Assembly (NCBI RefSeq): GCF_006345805.1
Contig: NC_043001.1
Span: forward strand, 127,100,001-127,164,000
DNA length: 64,000 nt
Reading direction: 5' to 3'
Source of the DNA: Octopus sinensis
Lineage: Eukaryota
Within the stretch, counting starts at the first letter, position 1; each line of letters opens with the position of its first letter. The translations under genes and the position numbers were made by a program. Positions 36,690 through 49,929 of the stretch are shown in pieces. Under the pieces are notes generated by a model. The model was not told the origin of the DNA. It made no database searches and worked only from the letters and a program-made list of their open reading frames with translations.

Positions 36690-38850
36690 ATAAATATTTC
36701 TTTTAAACATCGGAGGACTGTTGGATCTCAACTGCAAAACATTTTTTTTTCCTGTGAAACCTGCTGCATGCAATCAAGCTCTATGCATAGCACTTGTGGA
36801 AACGCATCTTAGACCTGATATAGGGGATGCAGAAGTACACATACCAAAGTATGTTATAATACGAGCAGACAGAAAAGAAAGGATCCGTGGTGGAGTTGCA
36901 GTGTACATACGTGAGGACCTTACGCCCCAGGTTCTGCTGTCTTAATTAAATTCAGTGTGTGACACTTAAATTGTGTGCATAAGGCAACTTGACATTGTTA
37001 TATGTACCACACATCGCCCACCAGATCTTCCAAATCACACAGGGAAGTTTGAAGACTGCTTTGTAAAGCTAGAAAAGTTTTCACCAAACTGGAACAATAT
37101 ATCTGTGTATTCCTTTTGGATGACTTCAACTTTCCCATATGGGATGGCTCGGGGCCTAATGCTCTCAGGAATGAGACACTGCCAACAAGCACAGGTGGAT
37201 TCCTTGCTCCATCTTATTCATAGAGTAAATTGTGCTGCATCCAACCGGTGCAAATAATATATTGGATGTCTGCTTCACAAACAATATGAATATCATCCAT
37301 AATGTGAAAGTGACACCGATTCTAGTCTCGGATCACAACATAATAGAGCTGTCTATTATAATACAAGACATAAGACACCCTAACAAAAGAAACAGGAGGT
37401 ACAAAAGTAAAAGCAAAAGCAGAAACATATGCAGGTAAAATCTGCAACATAATAGAGCTGCCAAAATCTGCAACATAATAGAGCTGCCAAAAGCTCCTAC
37501 AGACCTACAGCCTATACAAAGCACCCGAAATCTCTCCAGGCTATACTTTCATAAAGCTAACTGGAAGTCGATTGAAAAAGAGATCCTCAAACAGGATTGG
37601 CCTAAATGTCTCTCCACACCGGACATTGACATGAAATGTAAACATTTCATGTCTATAATGCAAACCATATGCGACGAATTTGTCCCAGATCATAATACCA
37701 ACATACATAAGAGCAAGATCCCTAAAGAGAGGAAAATTCTTATGAGACGATGGACAAAAATTGCAAACCGCCCGACAAACATCTCAAAAGTACTGAAAAG
37801 TCCCGCCTGAAAAGAACACTGTTGGAGATTGAGAAAAGTCTGCATCAATCACATGAAAAGACGAAAGCAAATAAGGAGGCTTGGGTTATGGAAAATATTA
37901 AGTCAAACCCTAACGCTTTCTTCAACTTTGCCAAAGTAACGCCTTCAGTACGCTACGAGATAGGGCCCTCTTCTAAAAGGATGGCTCCCTCATAGGAAAC
38001 CTAAGGAGGATAAGTGAAACTGAACGAACAATTCTAAAGTATGTTCACTACTCCTTTGGGACACAGGCAAGTAAACAAACCGGCAGATTTCTTTGCCACT
38101 TCACCTGTAACTAAAGATGCGATAATTGATTACATCGACATTAAAGATGTAATGCTGGTCATAGATGAGGTAAATGCAAACTTAGCTGCTGGCCTTCAAT
38201 GGATTCTCAGCAATCCTTGCAAAACCACTGCAGCATCTTTTTCAGAGATTCCTTACAAGCGGTAAGCTCCTAGGCAAACTGAAGGAGGGAACAGTATGCC
38301 CTATTCACCAAGGACGAAATAGAGCACATGCTAAAAATTATAGGTCTATTTCTCTTACCCCTACGCACCAGCAAAGTCGTGGAATAAATAGTCTGCAGGA
38401 AACTAATTACATTTCTTGAAGAAAATGACTTGTTGACTGACACCCAGTACGGTTTTCAACCAGGCAGAAGCTGCCCGACACAGCCCTTACAGCACTACGG
38501 GTGAATGTTAAAGCAGATTCTCAACATGTCAAATGGTGACATGATATATTTTGACTTTGCAAAAGCTTTTGGTAAAGTCGACCATGGTATGAAATGTCAC
38601 AAACAACGTGGGCTTGGCACAGTCGGAAAACTTGGAGAGTGGCTACGCGACTTTCTAAAAGATAAAAGTCAGGTAGTGGTGGCCCATAGAGCCACCTCAA
38701 AAGAAACACGAATAGAAAGTGGTGTTCCACAAGGCACTGTCTTAGAACCGTTGCTATTCATAGTGGCCCTCTCAGACACGCCCTCAGCTGCTCAGACATC
38801 CACCTTTGCTAGCTACGCAGATGACACAAACGCAATTTCGAAAGGAATAA
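36690..38850 (+). mobile_element. CR1-type LINE ORF2 remnant (APE endonuclease and RT), inactive
   Basis: IALVETHL..RADRKERIRGGVAVY, HRPPD, YGFQPGRSC, YFDFAKAFGKVDH, SGVPQGTVL, ASYADDT; many stops and frameshifts; ends just after YADDT. Confidence 0.92.
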
Positions 38851-38905
38851 AATAATTTGCTAGGCGAAATAAGTAACCGCGCCATAACAACTGTTTACAA
38901 GATAC

Positions 38906-38937
<32 letters not shown>

Positions 38938-39121
38938 GTTTGTGTGTGTGTATGTGTGTGTGTGTGTGGTGTGACGGAGTATCTGTGCCTATACACATTT
39001 TCAATCAGTCATTGTAGCCCTTTCAAAACAGTTATATTACTTTTTACTTAATATATTGTAATATGTATGTATGCATGCGTGTATGTATGTATGCATGCAT
39101 GTATGTATGTATGAATGTATT

Positions 39122-39155
<34 letters not shown>

Positions 39156-39225
39156 TGTATGTATGTATGTATGTATGTATGTATGTATGTATGTATGTAT
39201 GTATGTATAGATGTATGTATGTATT

Positions 39226-39259
<34 letters not shown>

Positions 39260-39814
39260 TGCATGTATGTATGTATAATACTGTGTGCATATTTTGATGG
39301 CTGCAATGACTTTACAGTACGGCATTCGTTTTCTGCGAATGCACTGATGAAATCTCAGATATTAAATTACTATATATATGCATGTGTTTATTTTTGTGTG
39401 TTTGTGTGCGTGTATATTCATACATGTATTTATATGTGCACGTAAGTGTGCACGTGATATGAGTTGTTTTACAGTTGTTTTTCTATGACTTAGTCAGAGG
39501 CAAATGATAGCATCGACGGCATTTTTCAGGGTCTCCAAGATTATTGAAGCGATAAAAATATTTCATCCTCATAACGGCCTGGGTTCTTCAACAGTGTTGT
39601 GTCGTTTAAAGACATATATTGAAGAACCACGTGACAGCATTAAACCCGTCGGCGAATTAGATCTACCACCCAAAACAGGACGGATTTTCACGAGGAGATT
39701 CCACAAGGTTTCTGTCTACCGAATTTCGCTCACAGTGCTTCAATCAACCTAAAGATATCGCAAAAGACATTTGGCCAAGATGCAGCGGAGTAGGATTGAA
39801 CTGGAAGCTATATA

Positions 39815-40046
39815 TATTTCTTTACTACCCACAAGGGGCTAAACATAGAGGGGACAAACAAGGACAGACAGAAGTATTAAGTCGATTACATCGACCCCAG
39901 TGCGAAATTGGTGCTTTATTTATCGACCCCGAAAGGATGAAAGGCAAAGTCGACCTCGGCGGAATTTGAACTCGGAACGTAACGACAGACGAAATACGGC
40001 TACGCATTTCACTCGGCGTGCTAACGTTTCTGCCAGCTCGCCGCCT
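39815..40046 (-). mobile_element. SINE family A
   Basis: Near-identical to other A copies. Confidence 0.85.
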
Positions 40047-40742
40047 ATATGGAATCTATATAGTTACGAAACGAACTCCTTAACTACGCCGTATGTCAGC
40101 GCTTCTGCTTTGAAAATGAATATGTTATTGCTCTGTCTGCTTGTGGTGAATTCAAATGAGTTGCAGTTCTCATTTTACCAGTTTTAGATTCGGTGCACCA
40201 AAACTGTTTGGATAGGAACCAGATTGTCTTGTTACATCTTCTGACATACCTCTGACTATGAAGGGTCAGTACATGGAACGTATTATCCTTCATTCGGCAA
40301 TAAACGACTCGTTGGAAACCACGTGATGTTCTTTAGTCCATGGCACATCACAAAATATTTGTTTACATAGGAGAGACCGATAGAATAAGTACTGGGCTTA
40401 CAAAGAATAAGTCCCGTGGTCGATTTGCTCGACTAAAGGCGGTGCTCCAGCATGGCCGCAGTCAAATGACTGAAACAAGTAAAAGAGTAAAAGAGTAAAA
40501 AGAGTATACTGATAATAGGCGCAGGTGTGGCTGTGTGGTAAGAAACTTGCTTCACACCCATATGTTTCCGGGTTCAGTCCCACTGCGTGGCACCTTGGGC
40601 AAGTGTCTTCTACTATAGCCTGGGTGGATTTGGTAGATGAAAACTGAAATAATTCCATCCTATACATGTATATACATATCTATGTGTATGTGTCTTTGTG
40701 TCTGTGTTCATCCCTCTGCCACTGCTTGACAACTGGTGCTGC

Positions 40743-40866
40743 TACATTATTCACATTATTTACATTTGATGCCCGTGGGCATATGGCGTAGTGGTTAAGA
40801 GCGCAGGCTACTAACCCCAAGATTCCGAGTTCGATTCCAAGCAGTTACCTGAACAATAACAACAAC

Positions 40867-40921
<55 letters not shown>

Positions 40922-41100
40922 TCGAAAAATACCTTAGGAATGAGAACCCAGGTTCGAAATTTCCCGAAGACACATGATGATGGCTGGAGGGCATATCAGC
41001 CGAAAACGTTAACAACAAACAAGATGAGGACAAATATCCGTCAAATGTAAATGATGTAAATAATGTACATAATTCCTCGTCTCTTAAATATAGAACTGAT
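40743..41100 (+). mobile_element. tRNA-headed element with decayed hammerhead and 29-bp inverted terminal copy
   Basis: A box 40784-40794, B box 40827-40838, (AAT)n, hammerhead-like 40970-41010, inverted repeat 40743-40771 vs 41039-41067 (26/29). Confidence 0.7.
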
Positions 41101-41438
41101 CTTGTGCTGGTGTGTTTACGTCCCTGTAACTTAACGATTCGGCAAAAGAGACCGATAGGATAAGTACCAGGCTTTAAAAGAGTAGGTACTGGGGTCGATA
41201 TATTCGACTGAAAATTCTTCAAGGTGGTGCCCCAGCATGTCCGCAGTCTAATGACTGAAATGAGTAAAAGATATAAGATAAAAAGATTTACTATATCCAT
41301 CTGTATCTGAAAGCCTGTGAAAGTCGGAGGTCCTGAAAATGAGCAGCTACAAGTGAATTTAAGCTATTGTAAATATGGTATTTTCTAATTATATTCTGTG
41401 TTGAGCGTATTTTTAAATGTTTGACTCTATTTTATATC

Positions 41439-41940
41439 AAGGCGGCGAGCTGGCAGAAACGTTAACACGCCGGGCGAAATCCTTTGCGGTATTTCGTCTG
41501 CCGGTATTTCGACCCCAGTGCGTAACTGGTACTTAATTTATCGACCCCGAAAGGATGAAAGGCAAAGTCGACCTCGGCGGAATTTGAACTCAGAATCTGC
41601 CGTTACATTCTGAGTTCAAATTCCGCTGAGGTTGACTTTGCCTTTCATCCTTTCGGGGTCGATAAATTAAGTACCAGTTACGCACTGGGGTCGATATAAT
41701 CGACTTAATCCGTCTGTCTGTCCTTGTTTGTCCCCTCTGTGTGTAGCCCCTTATGGACAGTAAAAAAACTAGGTATTTCGTCTGTCTTTACGTTCTGAGT
41801 TCAAATTCCGCCGAGGTCGACTTTGCTTTTCATCCTTTCGGGGTCGATAAATTAAGTACCAGTTGCATAATGGGGTCAATCTAATCGACTGACCCCCTTC
41901 CTCAAAATTTTTCGGGCCATGTGCCTTAGAGCAGAAAAGA
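41439..41940 (+). mobile_element. composite SINE A (head, inverted central domain, two tandem bodies)
   Basis: Head at 41439, inverted segment 41509-41595, body from 41608, headless second body from about 41772 with an alternative tail. Confidence 0.8.
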
Positions 41941-42630
41941 TTCTATTTTATATTTTTCATGTACGCCTATGTTGTTACCCTGAATTTCTAGCGATACATT
42001 GAATTCTCTTGTTAGAGATATAATCCTTAACTAGAAAATTGTGTTGATACACCATTAACATATCTTTTAAGTACTATATATTGTACTTGGGTGGTAGACG
42101 TAATCCGCCTGCCAGTTTAGAACTATCACCAAACCATTGACTCCATTTAATTGAGTCAAGTATGCAGCAAGCGTTCGCACAAAATCCCCAGTCTAGGGAT
42201 AACTTTATATGCTACTTCCTTTGCTGCCACAAGTCTTAGAATTCCTGCAAAGTAGGGTCACGGTTGCTGTCCCACTTCTTACTAAGCCATAAAAACTTAA
42301 AGCGAAATAAAAAAAGACAATAATCCACTCGAAAGTTTCTCCAAAGGCTCAAAATAACAGAATACTCACGTGACTATCCGAGAAACTTTATTAGAGAGCA
42401 GGATCAGCTGTTTCGCAATTATAATTTCTATTTGCTAATGTCCACAGCGGCGGGGTCATCTGGCCCAAGACGCCGGTGTATTATAGTGGTCGGGATGTTC
42501 CGGTTATTAAGGTGGGCAGCGCCACCGCCGATTGTCTGCATGCCCCCGAGCGAACCAGCAGGGAATCATGTGGGGCCCCGACTTGATGCAGATGTTCAAA
42601 GGATAATTTTAATAAATAATAATATCTTAC

Positions 42631-42795
42631 CTGCTTCTCCATGCCCTGCGATGAAAATGTTCGCTCTAATCATACCCAACTGCTCCAGGTCGGCTGCTAA
42701 ACTTATGATATTTTTCTCCAGTCTTGCGAGATTCCTATCAAAATTCACAAGTGCCAGCCATAACTTTAGCTGACTGCGTCTCTGTATGTACTGCC
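42631..42795 (-). CDS. alpha/beta-hydrolase-like gene, nucleophile-elbow exon (..QYIQRRSQLKLWLAL..IFIAGHGEA-G)
   Basis: tatccag acceptor, gcag|gtaag donor, 165 nt, phase 1 to 1; IFIAGHGEAG aligns with the GHSxGG elbow. Confidence 0.88.
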
Positions 42796-42851
42796 CTGGA
42801 TATAAATAACAAAACGAAAAACAAAATTCAGAAAAAGAATAAAAGATATTT

Positions 42852-43016
42852 AATGCAGGAGTGGCTGTGTGGTAAGTAGCTTGCTTACCAACCACATGGT
42901 TCCGGGTTCAGTCCCACTGCGTGGCATCTTGGGCAAGTGTCTTCTACTATAGCCTCGGGCCGACCAAAGCCTTGTGAGTGGATTTGGTGGACGGAAACTG
43001 AAAGAAGCCCGTTGTA

Positions 43017-43112
<96 letters not shown>

Positions 43113-43330
43113 CGTGTGTGTTTGTGTGTCTGTGTTTGTCCCCATAGCATTGTTTGACAACCGATGCTGGTGTGTTTATGTCCCCGTCACTTAGCTGTTT
43201 GGCAAAAGAGACCGATAGAATAAGTACTGGGCTTACAAAGAATAAGTCCCGGGGTCGAGTTGCTCGACTAAAAGGCGGTGCTCCAGCATGGCCGCAGTCA
43301 AATGACTGAAACAAGTAAAAGAGTAAAAGA
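42852..43330 (+). mobile_element. SINE family B
   Basis: Full-length copy. Confidence 0.85.
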
Positions 43331-43470
43331 GAGTAATGACATCAATAGTACTTATATATGCCCTGCATATGCATGCATGTATGTATGTATGTATGTATGC
43401 ATACATGTATTTATACATCTACGTACTTATGTAGGTATATATGTGTGTGCTTGTGTATTTGCATGCTTAC

Positions 43471-43561
43471 CATATAGTCTAGCACTGAATGAACTCATAA
43501 CCATATCAATTAAGAATACCGTCGCCTCACACCCAGGGGATTTAGATCGCCGTTCAAGATG
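43471..43561 (-). CDS. alpha/beta-hydrolase-like gene, first recognisable coding exon (HLERRSKSPGCEATVFLIDMVMSSFSARLY-G)
   Basis: ttcttag acceptor and tatg|gtaagc donor; 91 nt, phase 0 to 1, matching the phase-1 start of the next exon; position fits the first beta strand of the family. Upstream exon(s) not located. Confidence 0.6.
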
Positions 43562-43779
43562 CTAAGAAAGCAATCAAAATTCCGCCCTTAGATTACTTGG
43601 TTTGACACAGTATATAATTATGTATTTGGTCTCTGGATGTGAGACGTGCAATATTTGTCGTCAGAGATCAACAACTGTTCAAAACAGAACTATAATTTGG
43701 TTCTGCAAAGAAAACCTACTTTTTGAGAAGCAAATTTTATATTGCGTTATTTTATTCTTTTTTTCATTCTTGTATTTTT

Positions 43780-44205
43780 TACTTGTTTCAGTCGTTTGAC
43801 TGCGGCCATGCTGGAGCACCGCCTTAAGGGACTTTTTAGTCAAGGAAATCGACCTCAGGACTTAATCTTTGTGAGTCTAGTACTTATTCTGTCGGTCTCC
43901 ATTCCCAAATCGCTATGCTATGGGGACGTAAACACACCAGCATCGGCTGCCAAGCGATGGTGGTGGGTCAAACGCAAACACAAAGACACACACACACAGA
44001 TAAATATATACATACATACGTATATATATATATATATATATACGACGGGCTTCTCTTAGTTTCCGTCTACCAAATCCGCTCACAAAGCTTTGGTCGGCCT
44101 TAGGCTATACTAGAAGACACTTATCCAAGTTGTCACGCAGTGAGACTGAATCTGGAACCATGTTGTTGGGAAGCAAGCTTCTTATCACACAGCCATATCT
44201 GCGCC
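43780..44205 (-). mobile_element. SINE family B
   Basis: Full-length copy, inverted relative to 42852-43330. Confidence 0.85.
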
Positions 44206-44519
44206 TATTTATGTACGATAAATATTCAACTCCTAGCTAATTCTGATTGAGATTACCTACGAGTGGATATTTCAGCCGTAATACTCTTAATCAAAATGCA
44301 CTAAGTGACCTTTTTAAAATGCTTAGTTGTGATTTGTCCTGAGTATGACATAAAACTGCATCCAGTGGTGAGTTTCCAGCTGAGAAGTTGGGAATTTTTT
44401 GGAACTTATCACTGCACTCAGGTTCGCTCTTGCACGAGATGGTAGTATCTCGCAAAAGCCCCAGTTGTGGGTCAAACAGTTGAAGTGGTTCCTGTTGCTA
44501 GATCATACAAGACTCGGGA

Positions 44520-44945
44520 GATGACTGATCCGTTGACATGTACCACATAGGCCTGGATGGAAGCACTCCGTCGGTTACGACGACGAGGGTTCCGGTTGAT
44601 CCGATCAACGGAACAGCCTGCTCGTGAAATTAACGTGTAAGTGACTGAGCACTCCACAGACACGTGTACCCTTAACGTAGTTCTCAGGGATATTCAGCGT
44701 GACACAAGAGAGTGACAAGGCCAGCCCTTTGAAATACAGGTACAACAGAAACAGGAAGTAAGAGTGAGAGAAAGTTGTGGTGAAAGAGTACAGCAGGGAT
44801 CACCACCATCCCTGCCGGAGTCTCGTGGAGCTTTTAGGTGTTTTTGCTCAATAAACACTCACAATGCCCTGTCTGGGAATCGAAACCGCGATCCTACGAC
44901 CGCGAGTCCGCTGCCCTAACCACTGGGCCATTGCGCCTCCACTAC
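44520..44945 (-). mobile_element. SINE family C
   Basis: Full-length reverse copy. Confidence 0.85.
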
Positions 44946-45839
44946 CACATAGGCCTACAGATATGTGGACATGCCCTGATGTCACGTTAATTATTCCCCC
45001 CTTGTTTAAAAGCTGTAAAGTCCATGTTCTTCATTATTAAGCTTGAGACCAGTAGTACAATTAAGCAAGATTAAACAAGAGACTAGTAGTGTAATTTTAT
45101 AAATTAACCGACAGAAGACAACCGTACAGTACTGCTGTATCTTCCCCAAGAAAGATCATAAATATTCTGGTTTTAGCATGAAGGTCCAAGATCGCCGACG
45201 CCGGAAGGAATGACATGAAGAGATAGAAGGTGGAATTTGAGAGAATATTTAGTTCTGGTTTCACTATATATCATTTCTTTCTAAAAGAGAACAAAGGTAA
45301 ATACAGGTATGGTAATTTACTTATGCATTCTTCTTCATGGTGGAAGGTTTTCAGTTGTACCACTAATTAGTTAATGCCATCACGCTAACTTGACATTGAC
45401 AGGCCTCTCTGTCAGTTATAATTTCAGTTTTGTCAATTAACTGGACACGAGTAACGTAAAATACAGTATCTTGTTCAAGGACAGTGCAATTCACGGACCG
45501 CGAGTGAACATATGACTTATGATCGAGATGCTAGTAGCCTTATCACTAGGCAAAGTTCTTTTTTTTTGAATGGCAAATATCTGGTGCTAAATATACTATG
45601 TATTCTCTTTAAAGATAATTAGGATTCCAGATTTTAATATTTTAAAGATGGTTCAGATTGGTTTTAGGTGGACTTAATTGCTATTTTTAGCAGATCACAT
45701 GAGCACATGGATGCTTCCTCGTTAATGCTAGGGTGTATTTGCCATGACGGATAACAGAGATTAAATGCAGCCTATTTGAAAAACCAATGGTCAGGGTTGT
45801 TACAGAGTGAGCAAAAATGTTTTTCGATATCTTCCGACA

Positions 45840-45931
<92 letters not shown>

Positions 45932-46204
45932 TTTTGTCTCTCCCCCCCTCTCTCTCTCTTCTCTCGATGTCACAAGAATTTATAAATCTTCGAGAGAACA
46001 CGAAATTATTATTTCGTTGAAATTATTCTTCTGAAGTACACTTAAAACAACAAATAATAGCATGTAAATATCGGGTAGAAAATACCTTTTGGATAGAAAA
46101 GGTCGAAGGCTGCTTGTGGATCTCGAACCCACATCTCTTGTGAACATGACGGATATTTAAAGGATTGATTTGCTCCAATGATATGCCTGTATTTATGTGT
46201 ATGT

Positions 46205-46746
46205 GTGTGTGTACGTACGTACATATATACATACATGCATACATGCATACATGCATACCTACCTACCTACATACATACATACATACATACATACACACAT
46301 ACACACACACACATACATACATACATACACACATACACACACACATACACACACATACATACATACATACATACATACATACATACATACATACACACAC
46401 ACATACATACATACATACATGCATGCATACATACATACATACATACATACATACATACATGCATACATACATACATACATACATACATACATACATAATA
46501 CATACATACATACATACATACATACATACATACATACATACATACCTACGCATGTGCGTACGTATATTCACATGTGTGGTATGAGTGAGTGTTTCAGAGA
46601 AATTGTCATACAACAAATTCGGAAAGGTGTCACTATTTCAATTTTTCAGTTGCTTGCGAGACTTACGTCAAATGTATTTTCGATCGTAAATTTTGGAGGG
46701 TGAGAGATACTATACAAAACAATAACAACGACTACTGCTGCTGCTT

Positions 46747-46786
<40 letters not shown>

Positions 46787-46874
46787 CACTACTACCACCA
46801 CCACCTCCACCACTACCACCACAACCACTACTACTACTACTACCACCACCACCACCACCACCAATACCACCACC

Positions 46875-46930
<56 letters not shown>

Positions 46931-47031
46931 TACTACTACTACCAGCACCACCACCACCAATACCACCACTACTACTACTACTACTACCACCACCACCATC
47001 ACCGCTACCACCACCACCACCACCACCACCA

Positions 47032-47065
<34 letters not shown>

Positions 47066-47070
47066 GCCAA
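46205..47070. repeat. (TACA/CA)n followed by (CTA/CCA)n microsatellite block
   Basis: Directly visible; source of several spurious long ORFs. Confidence 0.95.
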
Positions 47071-47287
47071 AGTACGAACTATCCTGAATGGGCTTTTGCA
47101 ACCTACTATAAGAACACTCAATAATAATATCACCGTTGCTAGCACCACCACCACCACCAACAACAACAACATCAACATCAGCACATGCCAGCAACCTCTA
47201 AACTTCCAAATACCAAACACCGTAAACTAAACAGTAAAAAAAAAAAAATCAATTTAAAAGATAAACAACATACAAAAGGTAGAGCAA

Positions 47288-47299
47288 AATGACGTCATT
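47288..47299. promoter_or_regulatory. CRE-like palindrome AATGACGTCATT in unique sequence
   Basis: Perfect TGACGTCA about 3.7 kb upstream of the first recognisable exon; function unsupported. Confidence 0.2.
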
Positions 47300-49372
47300 G
47301 TTTTCGATTGTATAAACAAGAAACAAACGTAGAATAAATACAAGAGTGCAAATACCGAAAATATAATCAACGAAGGATACAGTTCAACTCGGCACCATTC
47401 TGTTTATAATTTAGAAAGTTTCAAGTTTCGATAAATAAATTCAGTTTAAAGACTTTCGAAGTATAATCACGATAAGATTGTTTAAAAATAAAATGGCTGA
47501 CTGTTATTTTCTATCTCACTTTCTCTGCCTCTCTCTCACCACATACTTTCTTTCGTACCACCTCTCTTTATTTTTACTTCTAATCTTTCTTTTCCAATTC
47601 CTTCTCTCTTTTTTTATTTTCTTCTTCTCTCTTTCCCTCTATCGCTATTTTGTTCTTCCCTCTTTATCTCTCTTATCTTGCTTGCATTCTAAAATGATCC
47701 TGAAATCAACTCTAAAAGACCGAGGGCGTTAACACTTGCTTAATAATTCGTTCAAATTTAGGCAAGAGGCCGGCAATTTCTTAGGGAAGAGTGCTCGTTG
47801 ATTTCATCAACTAAGTACTTAATTGCTACTTTATTTTATCGACCCCAGAAGCACGAAAGCAAAATTAGTTAACCTCAGCCGGATTTGGACTCAGAACGTA
47901 AAGGACCAGAACAAACACTACAAGGCATTTTTTCTGTCATTCCTCCGCCCTAAGAATGTCTATCTTCATAAAATGTTAATTTAGCTTAATTTATTTGTCT
48001 CAAGTTATACCTTTCTGACGATTCCAACGATTTCTGACGATTGAAATAGCGTTATACATGGCTACCAACAGCTAGAAGCTTTATGATCTTTATAATGTCT
48101 GATAAGAAAAGATATTGAATGCTCATATTATGTACGTCTTCTTTATTCTTTAATGTAAATTCCAAACTTTCAAATCTGCCTCAACTTAACTTCATCTAGA
48201 TAGTTGACCATCAGGGGTACATCACGGAAATGAATTCTTACATTACCACAAAATTAAGTATTTTTGATCCTAGTTCATGACTGGTTGATAAAATATTTTA
48301 AAAGATAGCTTGAAATCAAGTGGAGAATGGCTGTCACTAGCAGTGCTGTTTGCAATATCAATGATATTAAATTATGATTGGCTCTAGTTATTATCATGGA
48401 ATAATAGAAAGTGTGTGAAATACAATGACGGGACGTGAATCTGACAAAGCATTGGTTATCATCGTCATCATCGTCGTCGTCATCCAGTCGGGAGACTTTG
48501 CCGGATCTCTTTAGCCCAGTTATGGGTTGAATAGCTTGTAAATAGAAGTCTCCTGTGAATATGAGAATAAACAGCTTCGGATCAGATACATTGTGGCATC
48601 TTAGTAAGGCCTAGCACCCGGTGACCACATGTACTAGTGTTATACTGAAATCACAGAATGCAATATGGTCGATGAACATAAGTTCAATGGCGAATATCAT
48701 TAGATGCTGAGCGGATGAATTCAACAAACTATCAACGGCCTGGATCAACCAGTTCATTTGGCGAACCTCTGCAATCATCTGTAGTCGTGGCGCGTACAGA
48801 TGAGCTTTTTAACCATCGAAAGAAATAAAGCATTGGTAATTGAATAATATCAAAATGAATTGATAAATCAAGCATTGACAATCTGACACATATCAATAAG
48901 AAATAACTTGGATAAGGTATAGAATAACGTAAATTATATGTGCATAAAATCTATGAATTTTAAAAATTGTTATCATTCATTGTGTTATATAATTTGTATA
49001 AGCCACATATATGCAGTACCTTACCACTAACATTGTACTGATATTCTTGTAAATATATCTCCACCTACGAAAATTCGGTGGATTGGATAATTCGGTAAGC
49101 TGCAGTGATGTTCCTTTCGTTAAAATCATGTTTGATATTAAAATAAGTCTTATTTTGAGGCAATATCACTTAATGATGTTTTATAAACTCTATAAAGGAC
49201 TTACATTTAGGCATGCAAACACTTATTCATTGAGGTATATACCTACCTTAAGAAAAAAGAAGTCAAACTGACCCAGGTACCTTTATCCAAATAGTGCACG
49301 CAAATACTGACACAGACAAATACATAGACATACAGAAACAAATACGTGCATACATAGTTACATACACGTGCG

Positions 49373-49419
<47 letters not shown>

Positions 49420-49521
49420 TGTAGCAATTTATTTAATGAGCCATGAGGAAGGTAATGTCAAATTAACATGTAGAAGTCGAAATACTACTGATGTCAAAGC
49501 CGTGACTATATTTTGTCTGGT

Positions 49522-49733
49522 GGTTAGCACGCCGGGCGAAATTCGTAGCCGTATTTCGTCTGTCGTTACGTTCCGAGTTCAAATTCCGCCGAGGTCGACT
49601 TTGCCTTTCATCCTTTCGGGGTCGATAAATTAAGTACCAGTTACGCACTGGGGTCGATGTAGTCGACTTAATCCCTTTGTCTGTCCTTGTTTGTCCCCTT
49701 TGTGTTTAGCCCCTTGTGGGTAGTAAAGAAATA
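49522..49733 (+). mobile_element. SINE family A
   Basis: 5'-clipped copy ending gtaaagaaata. Confidence 0.85.
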
Positions 49734-49929
49734 TATATTTTGTCTGGTGATTAAAGTAGTGTTAAACAAAGGAATGATGAACAAAATGGTAAAGTTTTTT
49801 TTTTTTCTAAACTGGTACATTCTCTCAATTAGAGCGGAATGTGTGTTACTGGTTAGGGTGTAGTGATGGTAATTATTTCACCGAAATTCAATAGCTTTTT
49901 CTTTTTTCTTTATTCTTTTCCTACTCAAC

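Noticed and set aside
40777-40845. tRNA gene, and likewise the heads of SINEs A-C
   Set aside because: A and B boxes are present but there is no complete cloverleaf or acceptor stem and the sequence continues as a repeat body.
46589-47230. 213-aa ORF and similar long Y/H/T/V/I/C-rich ORFs throughout the track
   Set aside because: Translations of di-, tri- and tetranucleotide microsatellites; no splice or family support.
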